This document shows, one piece after another, positions 27,171 to 39,441 of a DNA stretch of 50,898 nucleotides. Position 1 is the first letter of the stretch. Each line of letters opens with the position of its first letter. Position numbers and translations under genes: made by a program. The notes under the pieces are model-generated. The model made no database searches, was not told where the DNA came from, and saw nothing but the letters and a program-made list of their open reading frames with translations. The stretch spans positions 1 through 50,898 of the forward strand of contig CAXHJY010001370.1 in assembly GCA_964016885.1 (NCBI GenBank), written 5' to 3'. The DNA is from Eledone cirrhosa (taxonomy: Eukaryota).

Positions 27171-27841
27171 TATGAAAATTAGAGTTAAAACTCCAATTGG
27201 ATCCCTGTAACTATTAAGCTCCAAGTATAAAAATACTGAGCCGATTAATAATATATAGTAAGAAACACAGTAAACCGTGTGTCTAAAATTACAAGGGTTG
27301 AAAAACCACATTTGTTTGAAATATTTAACCAAGAAGCAGACAGAATGATAAAATAAAAATATATTATTATACAAACCGCCTCAATAACCATTATATCTCT
27401 CGGACAGATTATCCCTAATCTGTTTCGCCCTGAGTGTGTTTGTAACAGATAATCCTGGGCATCATCAGCGAGAGAATCTGATTAAATGCAACAAACACTA
27501 TTTGCCAACGTTCACACAGAAAGATGAATTTGTCACCTCGTGCGCCGCTAGTCAAACGTGGTAAGCGCGTATTGAATAGAAATAACAGTCCAACACACAC
27601 AACTTAATAAGCTCAACTTGTGAGGGAGCAGAAATATATATGAAAATTAGAGTTAAAACTCCAATTGGAACCCTTTAACTATTAAGATCCAAGTATAAAA
27701 ATACTGAGCCGATTAATAATATATAGTAAGAAACACAGTAAACCGTGTGTCTAAAATTACAAGGGTTGAAAAACCACATTTGTTTGAAATATTTAACCAA
27801 GAAGCAGACAGACGGTTTACTGTGTTTCTTACTATATATTA
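27171..27841 (-). mobile_element. Retrozyme-like or non-autonomous Penelope-like element: 468 bp unit, ~175 bp direct repeat, 29 bp terminal inversion
   Basis: 27171-27343 repeated at 27639-27812; hammerhead inside; (TA)-rich flanks. Confidence 0.78.
27396..27475 (-). ncRNA. Near-canonical type I hammerhead ribozyme
   Basis: Minus strand: TCTCTCG-CTGATGA-t-GCCC...GGGC-GAAA-CAGATTA(ggga)TAATCTG-TC-CGAGAGA. Confidence 0.88.
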
Positions 27842-27949
27842 TATATGTATATATATGTATATATATGTATATATATATGTATATATATATATGTATATAT
27901 ATATATGTATATATATGTATATATATGTATATATATGTATATATATATG

Positions 27950-27980
<31 letters not shown>

Positions 27981-28060
27981 GTATATATATATATGTATAT
28001 ATGTATATATATATGTATATATGTATATATATATATGTATATACTATACATTTATTACAG

Positions 28061-28171
28061 AACCTCCGTGCCTTAAAAGTCCATGTCAAAATGGTGGAAC
28101 TTGTACTAATGAAGAGAAGGATTTCAGTTGCCAATGTCCACCATACTACAGAGGAAACGACTGCTCTATTG
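28061..28171 (+). CDS. EGF-like exon ([36 protein letters not shown])
   Basis: ttacag| ... |gtaaac. Confidence 0.9.
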
Positions 28172-28206
28172 GTAAACACACTTATCATAATATATCTGTA
28201 GATACC

Positions 28207-29170
28207 TACAAGGGTGGGCTGAAAACCTCATGACTGACTATAATGGAATGAGGCTAGAGCTGTGGAATCTTGCATGCGTTAATTTCAACTCTTTTTAATA
28301 ATAACCGCATTGTTTTCTTCCATGTAAATTGACATCTGACTGTTCAAAGAAGACTTCAAAAGTAGATAGTATCGACCTCTCTTTTAAATGGACAATATTT
28401 GGCATCGTGATTTTATCAAGTACCTGCAGAAAAGGGGTTTAACTTCCAATGACATTCATGCTGACATGGTTGCTACAATATGGGATGACGGTTCGGTTTT
28501 ATCAAGAGTGCAAAAGTAGGCAGCTGGATTTAGGAGGGTCATGGAGACTTTTGAAGATGACTCAAGGTCTGGACGTCCTGCAATAGACACCACCGAGGAA
28601 AACATTGATGGATGACTGACGATTGACTATAAATCCAATGCTATTATCATATCTCATGAGAGAATTGAGAATATTCTGCACAATGAACTTGGCATGATAA
28701 AGGTTTCTGCTCGGTGGGTGCCACATCTTCTGACACCTTATCAAAAGCGCACCTTGCTGCTCACATCACGGAAAACCTGATATTGTTTGAGGCAGATTGA
28801 GCTTGGTTCTTTGAATGTTTCCTAACCTAGGATAAATTTTGGATTGAATGCTTTAAGCCAGAGGCAAAGAGAAATCCATACAATGGAAACACCCTTGCTC
28901 ACCTCCTCCAAAAAGGCCAAGGCCGTTTCATTTGTAGGGAAGGTAATGGCTTCATGGCATTGTGTTTATTGACTATCTTTGAAAGGGTCACACCATCAAT
29001 GGAGAGTATTATGACAACGTGCTGATGCAGTTACAAAAAGCTGATAAGATCAATCACTCAGGAAAACTGACGAAAAATATTTTGTTTATAATGCTCCAGC
29101 ATACAAATCTTTGGTTTCGATGGCTGTTGTGCGTGACTGTGGCTCTGAATTGGTTGATCACCCTCCCTAT
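28207..29170 (+). mobile_element. Decayed, 3'-deleted mariner (Tc1/mariner) transposon
   Basis: TA-CAAGGGTGGGCTGAAAA left end; translation from 28388 gives EDDSRSGRP, ARWVPHLLT and LVDHPPY with stops and frameshifts; empty site in the paralogous intron 24372-24490. Confidence 0.88.
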
Positions 29171-29248
29171 TATCAAATTAACCTTTTTAGAATATCTATT
29201 TATGGCTTCTATCGTGTCAATCCAACTGATTTAATACCTCCTTTACAG

Positions 29249-29359
29249 AACCACTGTGTCTTAAAAAGCCATGTCAGAATGGTGGGAAATGTATTAACAA
29301 AGAGAATGATTATAGCTGTGACTGTCCACAATATTACAAAGGAAAGGATTGTTCTATAG
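29249..29359 (+). CDS. EGF-like exon (PLCLKKPCQNGGKCINKENDYSCDCPQYYKGKDCSI)
   Basis: ttacag| ... |gtaatt; near-identical to 24491-24601. Confidence 0.92.
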   Translation, partial: NHCVLKSHVRMVGNVLTKRMIIAVTVHNITKERIVL

Positions 29360-29564
29360 GTAATTATATTTCATCTTTCTTCTCATACATATATATATAT
29401 AGAGACATTTTAGTGAGAGTAAATTTTGTTTTCAGCTTGATTAATAGGTCCGACTAGCAGAAGAATAATGGGGTCGGGTTGATAACACAAATATGGACCC
29501 TGAGCCAATCATCTGTGAAACATACGTAACAGGTCAATAATGATTCATGTGAAACTTCGTTATG

Positions 29565-29878
29565 GTTGCCACAACCCAACCAAGCAGTTGGAGGCAGTTG
29601 GTGCAGCGTTCAACACTGCAGTGTCCCAACGACATCGAAAAGGGCTAAGGGACTATGGTGATGATTTTAACTTAGAGCAAGCCCATTCACTCGGCTCATG
29701 CACTCCTCTCTCACCCCCGTTTCGACAAACTGGTTGGAAGGCAGCATTTCCCTCTCCACCCTGACTTTTCTCTTCGGGTGAATCCCGAAAAAGTTTATTA
29801 GGGATTCGCCGAAGAAATAAATTGCTTGTCTTCAACCCTTTCAAGCGCGTCCACCACAAGACCTCTTTCAACAATAGG
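29565..29878 (-). mobile_element. Fragment of a third Tx1-family element (ORF2 C-terminus and part of 3' UTR)
   Basis: Minus strand KEVLWWTRLKGLK, then in a shifted frame RKVRVEREML...SRVNG, matching the ORF2 ends of copies 1 and 2. Confidence 0.82.
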
Positions 29879-29943
29879 ATTTTAGAGACTCGGAGAATAT
29901 ATTTGCCGTGTGTTAGATTTTCAAAAATGTTTTTATGATTATA

Positions 29944-30052
29944 CCTCCATGCCTTAATAGTCCATGTCAAAATGGTGGAAATTGTACAAACGAAGAGAAT
30001 GATTTCAGCTGCCAATGTCCAACATATTACAGAGGAAAGGACTGCTCCATTG
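29944..30052 (+). pseudogene. EGF exon with deleted splice acceptor (PPCLNSPCQNGGNCTNEENDFSCQCPTYYRGKDCSI)
   Basis: Relative to the paralogous 25820-25853 region, ~19 nt containing the acceptor AG are missing. Confidence 0.75.
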
Positions 30053-30163
30053 GTATACACACTTACTATAATATATCTATATATGGTATCAAATTAACTT
30101 TTTTAAATATCTATTTAAAGCTTCAGTGGTGTCAATCTAACTGATTTAATGCCTCTTTTACAG

Positions 30164-30274
30164 AACCACTGTGTCTTAAAAAGCCATGTCAAAATGATGG
30201 GAAATGTATTAACAAAGAGGATGATTTCAGCTGTGACTGTCCACAATATTACAAAGGAAAGGACTGTTCTATAG
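30164..30274 (+). CDS. EGF-like exon (PLCLKKPCQNDGKCINKEDDFSCDCPQYYKGKDCSI)
   Basis: ttacag| ... |gtattt. Confidence 0.92.
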   Translation, partial: NHCVLKSHVKMMGNVLTKRMISAVTVHNITKERTVL

Positions 30275-31009
30275 GTATTTATATTTCATGTTTCCTCGCA
30301 TTTTAGTGAATTCTTATATTAAGGCGATTCTTCAAATTCGTAACCAGTTACCAATTTTCTCCCACTGGCATATTATATGTTAAACTTTAAATTTAGAGGT
30401 ACCTTTAGTCAATAAATAATTTTGTCTAATCGAAGATTTGCATGGTGAAATATCAATGTATCCTTAGTTAATTAACAATTGTGTCTAATTGGAGACTTAG
30501 CAAATAATGTTTTACAGTAGGAGACTTTCATAGTAAATATTTTTTTATCAGTTCAAAACTTGTACTGTGAATAATTTCTATAATATATATGAATAAATAT
30601 TTTTCTAGATGGATTAGTGTTTTGAGGTTGCTTTTATTATACACCTTTCGGCCTTTTCTCTTCTATCAGTGTTAAGTCACCATAATAATTAGTCAAGTTC
30701 CGATATCATTTGTAGTATGATTAGAACCATTGTGTATTTCCTGATTACAGTTATTTACGAAAGTAGATTTAAAATATGTGGATCTAGACTTCGCCGGGGA
30801 GGTTTAATAAGGTCAAAGCATATCTGACGTTTTATTCCTTACTTTTCGAAAGAATCAAACCAATGTTAGCCAATGACTAACATTGTGTAAAATATTTTGA
30901 AAGTATATTACATTGTGATAGCATAAAAATGGGAAAAAGATACTAAACACGGGGAACCATTTCATTGTTATGGAATCTACATTATGATTGCTCTCAAAAT
31001 ATTTTCCAG

Positions 31010-31120
31010 AACCACCCTGTCTTAGTAGCCCATGTCAAAATGGGGGAGTATGCAGCAACGAAAAAGATGGTTTCAGTTGTCAATGTCCGCCTGGTTACAG
31101 AGGAGACGATTGTTCCATAG
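31010..31120 (+). CDS. EGF-like exon (PPCLSSPCQNGGVCSNEKDGFSCQCPPGYRGDDCSI)
   Basis: ttccag| ... |gtatat. Confidence 0.92.
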   Translation, partial: NHPVLVAHVKMGEYAATKKMVSVVNVRLVTEETIVP

Positions 31121-31554
31121 GTATATCTAATTATATCCAATCTATTATTGAAGTTATCCTATATGTAATGTCAAACAATAGACAACACCTAAAGTATTGC
31201 TGAGTAGGAGAATCAGTTATTCTATATAATTTATATTGACGTTTCTATGAATGTTTATTTCTCTTCCTGACCCAAAGTTGCCAATCATACATGGATTTAC
31301 TATAAATACTAGATTTTATTAACGACTGGTGTTACCAAATTTGAACACAAAAAGTATAGTCAATTAAACCAAAGCTAATATATATATATATATATATATG
31401 TATGAATGAAGTAATTTCGTCGAAAGGTCCAGGAAAAAAGAGTGCTCTATGTAGGTAACAGAGCTTAATAGTTATGTAATAAACAACATGGTAACCACTG
31501 GTAAATGAAATAATTGCCTTATGTTGTTTATTACATAAATATATATATATATAT

Positions 31555-33301
31555 GTAAGAGTTCTATTTAAATTGTTGGGATACAACAAGCAAATATTTT
31601 TATAACTGATATAAAGCACTCAACAAATATTTGGAGTAAAAATACGATATTAACAAATGGAAACTATATTTATAAAACCATATTTATTTCATTATACATA
31701 TTTCAAGGACACCAAGTTAAATTATGGTGTGCTTTCATCAGATAAAATATAATATAGATCAGTTTTATAAATAAATATTGACATACCCTTAAAGAATGCA
31801 GCCATTACTGTTGGAAGCTCCCGGATAGTCGAGTTATAGCGTTAATTATTAGTATTGGATATTTTAAAAATAAGCCATTGGGTTACGGAGAAATAGAAAG
31901 ATAGAGAAGGAAAGAGAGAGAGAGAGAGAGAGAGAGAGCAGAATAAACAGAGAGAGAAATATGGAGAGAGAGAGGAGACGGAAAAAATGAGGGAGAACGA
32001 AAAACTCTAAGTCATATCTTGTTGAGTTAACTTAACAATTGAGATGAAATGAATAAATAAAAATTAGAAATGTTAATAATCATGAATGGAATATACATAT
32101 ATAATATGAGAAATTTAACCATTGTTTAAATATAAGATGTTTAGTTAATCAGTTAAATATTGAGATCAATATATTAAACATTGGGATCTATATATTAAGA
32201 AATCCATATATTATTAAAGATCTATATATTACATAACACGTATACACATGCAAAAAATACGTACATATAAATATATATACACACTTATAAAAATACATAT
32301 ACATATCTAACTACGTATATAACATATACATACAAAATATAAAGGATTCTTTAATTTAATTTAAGATATAGGAATCTTATAAAATGTTAAGATATTAAAG
32401 GAAATTTTATGTTATACACACTTTATGTTATTAAACAAAATTTATATAAGTTTTATAAGATTACCTGTTATGTATTTATGGCAGTTATTATATGTCTTTT
32501 TGTCACGAATCTTGGGATAATCCCTATACATAAGTGCGATCGAATTATATGGATAAACACGCACATGTACATACACAATTCCCACATATACATAAACATA
32601 TGTACCTTCACAGTTATATTGCTTATAACTATATTTCCAAATCGTAATATAGTTCTTTTGTATTTTATGTACTCAATTATATTATGTACTGTATTTATAT
32701 GTACTTCTCTTTATATGTGTGCATTGACATGCATGTACATATGTTTTATGCGTGTATGTCTATCTGTATGTTTATATATACGTGATGCGTATCTACCTAT
32801 TTGTGAGGGTACATATATGCATGTATATGTGGGAATTGTGTATGTAGATGTGCGTATTTATCCATATAATTCGATCGCACTTATGTATAGGGATTATCCC
32901 AAGATTCGTGACAAAAAGACATATAATAACTGCCATAAATACATAAAAGGTAATCTTATAAAACTTATATTAAAAAATTTTGTTTAATAACATAAAGTGT
33001 GTATAACATAAAATTTCCTTTAATATCTTAACAATTTAACATTTTATAAGATTCCTATATCTTAAATTAAATTAAAGAATCCTTTATATTTTGTATGTAT
33101 ATGTTATTTTGTATGTATATGTATTTTTATAAGTGTGTATATATATTGAAATGTACGTATTTTTTGCGTGTGTATACGTGTTATGTAATATATAGATCTT
33201 TAATAATATATGGATTTCTTAATATATAGATCCCAATTTTTCGTTCTCTCTCATTTTTTACGTCTCCTCTCTGTCTCCATATTTCTCTCTCTGTTTATTC
33301 T

Positions 33302-33368
<67 letters not shown>

Positions 33369-33632
33369 CTTCTCTATCTTTCTATTTCTCCGTAACCCAA
33401 CGGCTTATTTTTAAAATATCCAATACTAATAATTAACGCTATAACTCGACTATCCGGGAGCTTCCAACAGTAATGGTTGCATTCTTTAAGGGTATGTCAA
33501 TATTTATTTATAAAACTGATCTATATTATATTTTATCTGATGAAAGCACACCATAATTTAACTTGGTGTCCTTGAAATATGTATAATGAAATAAATATGG
33601 TTTTATAAATATAGTTTCCATTTGTTAATATC

Positions 33633-33633
<1 letters not shown>
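31555..33633. mobile_element. ~2 kb fold-back element with a hammerhead near each outer end (Penelope-type inversion)
   Basis: 31645-32610 is largely the reverse complement of 32802-33633; (TA)n flanks; one-sided tail 31555-31644. Confidence 0.8.
33529..33602 (+). ncRNA. Type I hammerhead ribozyme
   Basis: TATTTTAT-CTGATGA-AAGcACACCA...TGGTGTcCTT-GAAA-TATGTA-TA-ATGAAATA; mirror copy at ~31685-31749 (-). Confidence 0.75.
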
Positions 33634-33697
<64 letters not shown>

Positions 33698-33700
<3 letters not shown>

Positions 33701-33794
33701 GGTGTCCCAAAAGATGTATACACACTTCAACAGCATTCTAATAAGTATTGCCTGTACAGGTAATCAAAGTGTGTATACAATTATTGGTTAGGAC

Positions 33795-33800
<6 letters not shown>
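33698..33800. mobile_element. Tc1/mariner-type MITE in (TA)n
   Basis: TIRs CAGGGTGTCC..GTATACACACTT / AAGTGTGTATAC..GGACACCCT. Confidence 0.75.
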
Positions 33801-33865
<65 letters not shown>

Positions 33866-35094
33866 TAATAATAATAAATTTGAAGACTAAAATCCAAAGA
33901 GGGCTCGATAAGGATAAATATATATCAAATATATAAGAACCGTAGAGCAAATATTTATTAAAATAACAGATTAAAGTTTAAGCAAAGAATCGCTGCTTTC
34001 ACCCTTAACGGGATCTTCTGAAACTAACAAAGTCAATCTGTGAACGCAGAAGTGAATATTTAAAAAAACGTTGCAACCGGAGGAAGACAGGAAGACGATA
34101 CTTTGGTTCGTGGAAACGTTCCCTGGCAAATAACGGGAAAAAACGAATATAATACGTCATTATTTGGAGCGGTGAAAAACAATTACACGCAAAGACAAAA
34201 CCACGTTTATGGTATAAAAGAATTCGTAGACTAATATTCTATTAGGTGGTTCATAGAGACGTTCTCTGGCAATGAACGGATAAAACGAAGAAAATACGTC
34301 ATATGTGGAGCGGGGAGAACAATTACACGCAAAGACAAAATTACGTAAATGGTATAACTGAAGTCGTAGACTAGAATTCTAACTAGGAAACCGAATGATT
34401 CTTGGCTTCAGAGTTAAGAATAAAGTAAATAAAATACAAAGGTAAATACATACACGCATTCATAAACGTACATACACAAGCATATGCAAAACACTCGCCA
34501 TAGGTATACAAATACACGCACATACACAAAAAAACAAACAAAACAACAACCCGCACGCACATACAGAACCCAGGCAACGCCTGTACCCGCACGCATACGA
34601 ATGTAACACCAAATACACATAAAAATATATATAAAAAAAAACTATATATATATATGTGTGTGTGTGTGCGTGTATACATATAATTAAATAAACGTATATA
34701 AATAAATAAATACGTATATAACAAGCGCACACACATACTTACATGTAAATACACATATGTTCGGAGACGTACGTCAACCAAAACACAAAGTACACATATA
34801 CACACACCATACATACGTACGAACCCGCATACTCACACAGACGCAAAACTCACGTATACACATAACCAAAAGCATATGTACCAGAATATATAATATATAC
34901 GCCATAACATATACAATTAAATATACGTACGAGAAAGTATACGTACCTTCACAAAACATCCAGGTAATATATACTTACCTATACAAATAAGTAATGGTAT
35001 AAAATAACATATACATCAAGACGTAAAATATCCGCGTATAGTTCGTACTATCCGTTAGGGTATAATGTGGGGCTGTAATACAGGAAAGTTTTGT

Positions 35095-35865
35095 GCAATT
35101 TATGTTTACAAGCCGAAATTGCCTCAGATTTTTTGTTTAAGATGTGGTCTTTGGCGTAGAGTATTCCCAGGGCCTCAGCGCACAGAGGTCACATGGTCTT
35201 TCATTTCCGTTATACAATCTAGCCCTAGCTAGGATCTCCCAGTGTAACTTATATTGGGTGTGGTTGTCTTTTAGACTCCAGATATAAGCTGAAAGTGACG
35301 TCATGTTCCTTCTTAAAGGGTAACGAAAAGAACGGGTATGCATGTAAAGACGCTGCTTGAATCTATTGGCGGTTGACCCTATGTAGGCCCTACGGGACGT
35401 GGGTGTTTCAACATTTGTAGACAATGTTACTAGAGAGACATTTCCCGGATAGGGGCAATCAACCCGATTTCTACAATTACAGTTAGTATTAACTACAGGG
35501 TTGCACGTGTTCCTACGGCTAGGTAGTTTAGCTAAATTTGAAGCTGTGATGTTATGTGCAAGGTTAGGAGTCATAGAGTAAGAAATTTTAATAGTATTTC
35601 TATTAAAAATTTAACTATATTTATGTGTAGGGGGAAAATGCTTCATAATAAGGGAGAGAAAGATCTTAGCTAATGGTGTGACCACCTCCATATTATATGG
35701 TGGGTTATACCATATAATGCGTCGGCATCTATTTCTTCTAGGTCTATTCTCGTACTCTGTATATGCTACCTTATCGACAAATCCACTCCGAGCAAGAGCT
35801 TCATTGTAATATGTGGAATGGTCGTTGAAAATATGCTCATTAGTAGATAGACGGGAAAGCCTCAA
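35095..35865 (-). pseudogene. Penelope ORF remnant: RT C-terminus, Cys-rich linker, GIY-YIG endonuclease
   Basis: RRIIWYNPPY, CNCRNRVDCP, YIGSTANRFKQRLYMH, CDLC; one in-frame TAA and small frameshifts. Confidence 0.88.
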
Positions 35866-36072
35866 AGTCTACGAATTCTTTTATACCATAAACGTGGTTT
35901 TGTCTTTGAGTGTAATTGTTTTTCACCGCTCCAAATAATAACATTATATATTCGTTTTTTCCCGTTCTTTGCCAGGGAACGTTTCCACGAACCAGAGTAT
36001 CGTCTTCCCGTCTTCCTCCGGTTGCAACGTTTTTCGAAATATTCACTTCTGCGTTCACAGATTGACTTTGTT

Positions 36073-36123
36073 AGTTTCAGAAGATCCCGTTAAGGATGAA
36101 AGCAGCGATTCTTTGCTTAAACT
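36073..36123 (+). ncRNA. Hammerhead-like fold with non-canonical core (CAGAAGA) in Penelope pLTR
   Basis: AGTTT-CAGAAGA-stem II-GAA-AGCA...TGCT-T-AAACT; element-sense copy at 33975-34025 (-). Confidence 0.5.
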
Positions 36124-36134
36124 TTAATCTGTTA

Positions 36135-36203
<69 letters not shown>

Positions 36204-36648
36204 CTCATATATGTTTGATTATGCTTGTATTGTACTGTAATGTAATACACATACCCTATAGTCTTATGCAACATGCATGAATCTATTCCAAAGTTATGAA
36301 AAACCGAAGTAAAATCGACAAAATCTAAAATTAGATAGAAAATGTCCTCAACTAAATGTTGTCCAACACTTTACTGATTCTGTCACTCCCCTGTCTTATA
36401 GGTGACAGCACATTCTGATTTATAAAATTGGCTGCAAGCAGGCCACTAATTTGTTCAGAAGGAATATAGTCATTCAAATCATTGAAATGACTTTTTTCGA
36501 TGATCGAAAATGATACACATATACAACATCCAACAGATTATGAACTTAAAATTTAGAATCTATTCATTCAAGAAAAATATTTATAATGTAGAAATTTATA
36601 TTTCTTGACCTCTCGGTGTGTAAATAATATATTTTCTGTTTTCTACAG

Positions 36649-36759
36649 TTGACCCCTGTAGTAGCAGTCCCTGCATGAATAGTGGAAAATGTGCAAATAA
36701 TGGAAAATCTTACACATGTGAATGTACTCCTTATTTTATTGGAAATGACTGCGATGCAG
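36649..36759 (+). CDS. EGF-like exon (DPCSSSPCMNSGKCANNGKSYTCECTPYFIGNDCDA)
   Basis: ctacag| ... |gtaaag. Confidence 0.92.
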
Positions 36760-37497
36760 GTAAAGTTTATTGCCTCTCACATTAGTATACAGAGTTTATA
36801 TCATTTGATCTGTCATATTTTTAATTCAGCTTCCCTCACAGAGAAATAAAAACATGAAGCACAGAAGTTCTCTTTTCAAATGTTTTTAATTCGCTAGCTA
36901 TAATCTTTTCAGATATTCTGATTACCTAGAAATATAAATGATTGGAGAGTTTTCTACGTTTTATTAATATATCTCCAATTTGAAAACAATAGAAATATTC
37001 TCGTGATGTAAAAATGGCTTATTTTTTTGGTTGATTTCAGTTTTTAGTTTGATTAAAGCGCCAAGCGGCAAAAACTATCATTTCATATCAAAAGTTTGCA
37101 TATGACTAAATATGAAATCAGAGGACTCTGTTGAACCAATTTATTTCACATACGTCGCTAAAGTCCAGTGTCAAATCCTAAACGATATCACTTCATATTT
37201 CTCTCTTTCATTATATATCGGAGTGTTTCGTATTGTCAAATAGAAACTAATATTTTTCTAACATTTCAAAAATAAACTATCGGGGCTTTGGGTAAATTTG
37301 TAATTTGTAGAATATGTTGAAATCCGAAACACAGAAAATAACTGTAACCACAGTCAATTGCTAAAAACAATAGCTTAGAAAATCGAGTAAAATACTCCTA
37401 TAGAGGGAAAAAAGTAGCCAGCAGCCTCTTCGAAAAACTAAACTCCATACTTTTCCAATTCCCGATGAGTGCTCTAAATGATTGAGCTAAACGACGT

Positions 37498-37811
37498 CAG
37501 TAGAACCTCAGTTAACAAACTTAATTCGTTCCTGAAGGCCGTTCGTTACCAGAAAAGTTCGTAACCTGAAAGTATTTTCCCCATACGAAATGTCGAGAGA
37601 TAAATACAGTGAAAGAGAGACTGTGTGGGAAAGACTGATAAATATCACCATAGTAACTAACTACACAGCAAGTGACGTTTTCTTGCCGATACTCCTAACA
37701 ATTGTTGCCGGCTTGCGTGTTCGTTACTCGAGACACCATTTATGTTCGGAAAAATTGTTAGTGAATCAATTTGTTCGCGATGAGTACCGTTCGTGAACCG
37801 AGGTTCCATTG
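37498..37811. mobile_element. pogo/Tigger-like MITE
   Basis: TIRs CAGTAGAACCTCAGTTAACAAAC / GTTCGTGAACCGAGGTTCCATTG-TA. Confidence 0.75.
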
Positions 37812-38194
37812 TATATCTTTATTATATATAGAAATGACTTTTGCAGGAATAGAACGGTTTTATTCGTATGGAATCATCAAGATATTCCTGACGATTTCAT
37901 ACGAATTAAACAGTTCTAGTCCTGTAGAAGTTATTTCTATAATAAAGATACATATACTCTACCAATGTATTGTGTACTTTCTTTAACTGTGGATACCCCC
38001 CTACACAACTCGGGAATCTATCTATTATATATAACGAATAAAACATATAGAATGATTTGTTTAATATCCACACTGAGATTAAAAATAAAATAAAATAAAC
38101 TACGGGAAGAGTTTGAAAGAGTACAATGTTGTAGTTCTTGATAAAAATACCTTCTCTTTTATGTTCTCTTTTTTTTCTTCATTTTCCTCAACAG

Positions 38195-38442
38195 TGAGAC
38201 CTCCATGTAATTGTATAGCATTTGGTAAGATGTTTTACCGGACATTTGATGACGAAATGTTACACTTCAATGGCCCATGCAGTGAAACATTGGTTAGATC
38301 TTTGCCGGAATTCAACATTACAGAGTTTTCAGTTAAGATAAGAAAGACAAAAGCGAAATCTAAAGAGTCAACTCTCATTCGTGTCGTAGAAGTGAAGTTA
38401 GAAAATAACACTATTCGATTGTTGCCGTTCAATACAATATTG
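38195..38442 (+). CDS. VWD domain, first exon
   Basis: CNCIAFGKMFYRTFDD..F.GPC; caacag| ... |gtaaca; phase 1-0. Confidence 0.9.
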
Positions 38443-39114
38443 GTAACATTAATTTTTGTAATATTATTATAAATATATTATCTGATCTCTCTTTGCCTAG
38501 CATGTATTTGTTTGTGTCTCCTACTCCAATATTATTCACTATTTTTCTCCTCCTATCTCTTATTCTTCACCATTGTACAACGTCGGATAGAATGGTTACG
38601 GGTATTCTTTCCGGCTCTCTGCTCTCTGAGTTCAAATCCCACCGAGGTCAACTTTGCCTTTCATCCATTTAAGGTCGATAAAAAAGTACCAGTCCAGTGC
38701 TGGGGTTGATTCTTCATTTAGATCTCTTTCTCACTTCCATTCCTTCACTCTGTCTATCCTTCTTTGGAAGAAATCTGCTGTAGTCAGATCTGGTGAGGCG
38801 ATAGCATCACCAGGTGTACAAAATGCCCTAGAAACGCTGTATGTCAATACAGTGCCTCTACGGTTTCATCAGGAGTTACGGGACAAAAAGAAAAATGAGA
38901 ACTACCTGTTGCATTTGGGAAAGACGACAAAATACACATGTATAAACTTTTCCCATTGCCTCTAATCTATAGTTAATTTATACCCGGGTTAACACGCACA
39001 GCAAACAATATTTATCTCCTCCCCTCTGTATACACTCACACACACACTCACACACACACTCACACACACACTCACACACACATACATACACACAGACACA
39101 GACACACAGACACA

Positions 39115-39162
<48 letters not shown>

Positions 39163-39441
39163 TACATACATACATACATACATACATACATACATACATA
39201 CACACGCATATATATATTGTCTATTTCTACATAACAGAATCAATATTACAACTATTGAGTAAAGAAATTGTTCCAAAAGAGTGCTAAATATTGTAAACAT
39301 ACGTAAATAATAGAGCTAATTAAATATGCCTGCCGTTATATATTTGTATGTAACACGAGCAAACAACACAACACATATTGCTAGATATTATAAAAAATAT
39401 CTAATAAAATCTCATTGATATATTTCATTGATGTAATTCAG

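Larger units (their letters stand above)
33861..36140 (-). mobile_element. 5'-truncated Penelope-like retroelement with inverted pLTR
   Basis: RT thumb/linker + GIY-YIG coding remnant; 33958-34232 inverted at 35867-36140; (TA)n flanks. Confidence 0.9.

Noticed and set aside
24261-31120. CRISPR-like array or Notch/Delta gene
   Set aside because: The repeats are spliced EGF exons in eukaryotic DNA; no LNR, ankyrin, DSL or transmembrane region is seen.
32409-32987. 192 aa ORF
   Set aside because: Spans the centre of a palindrome; low complexity, no recognisable motif.
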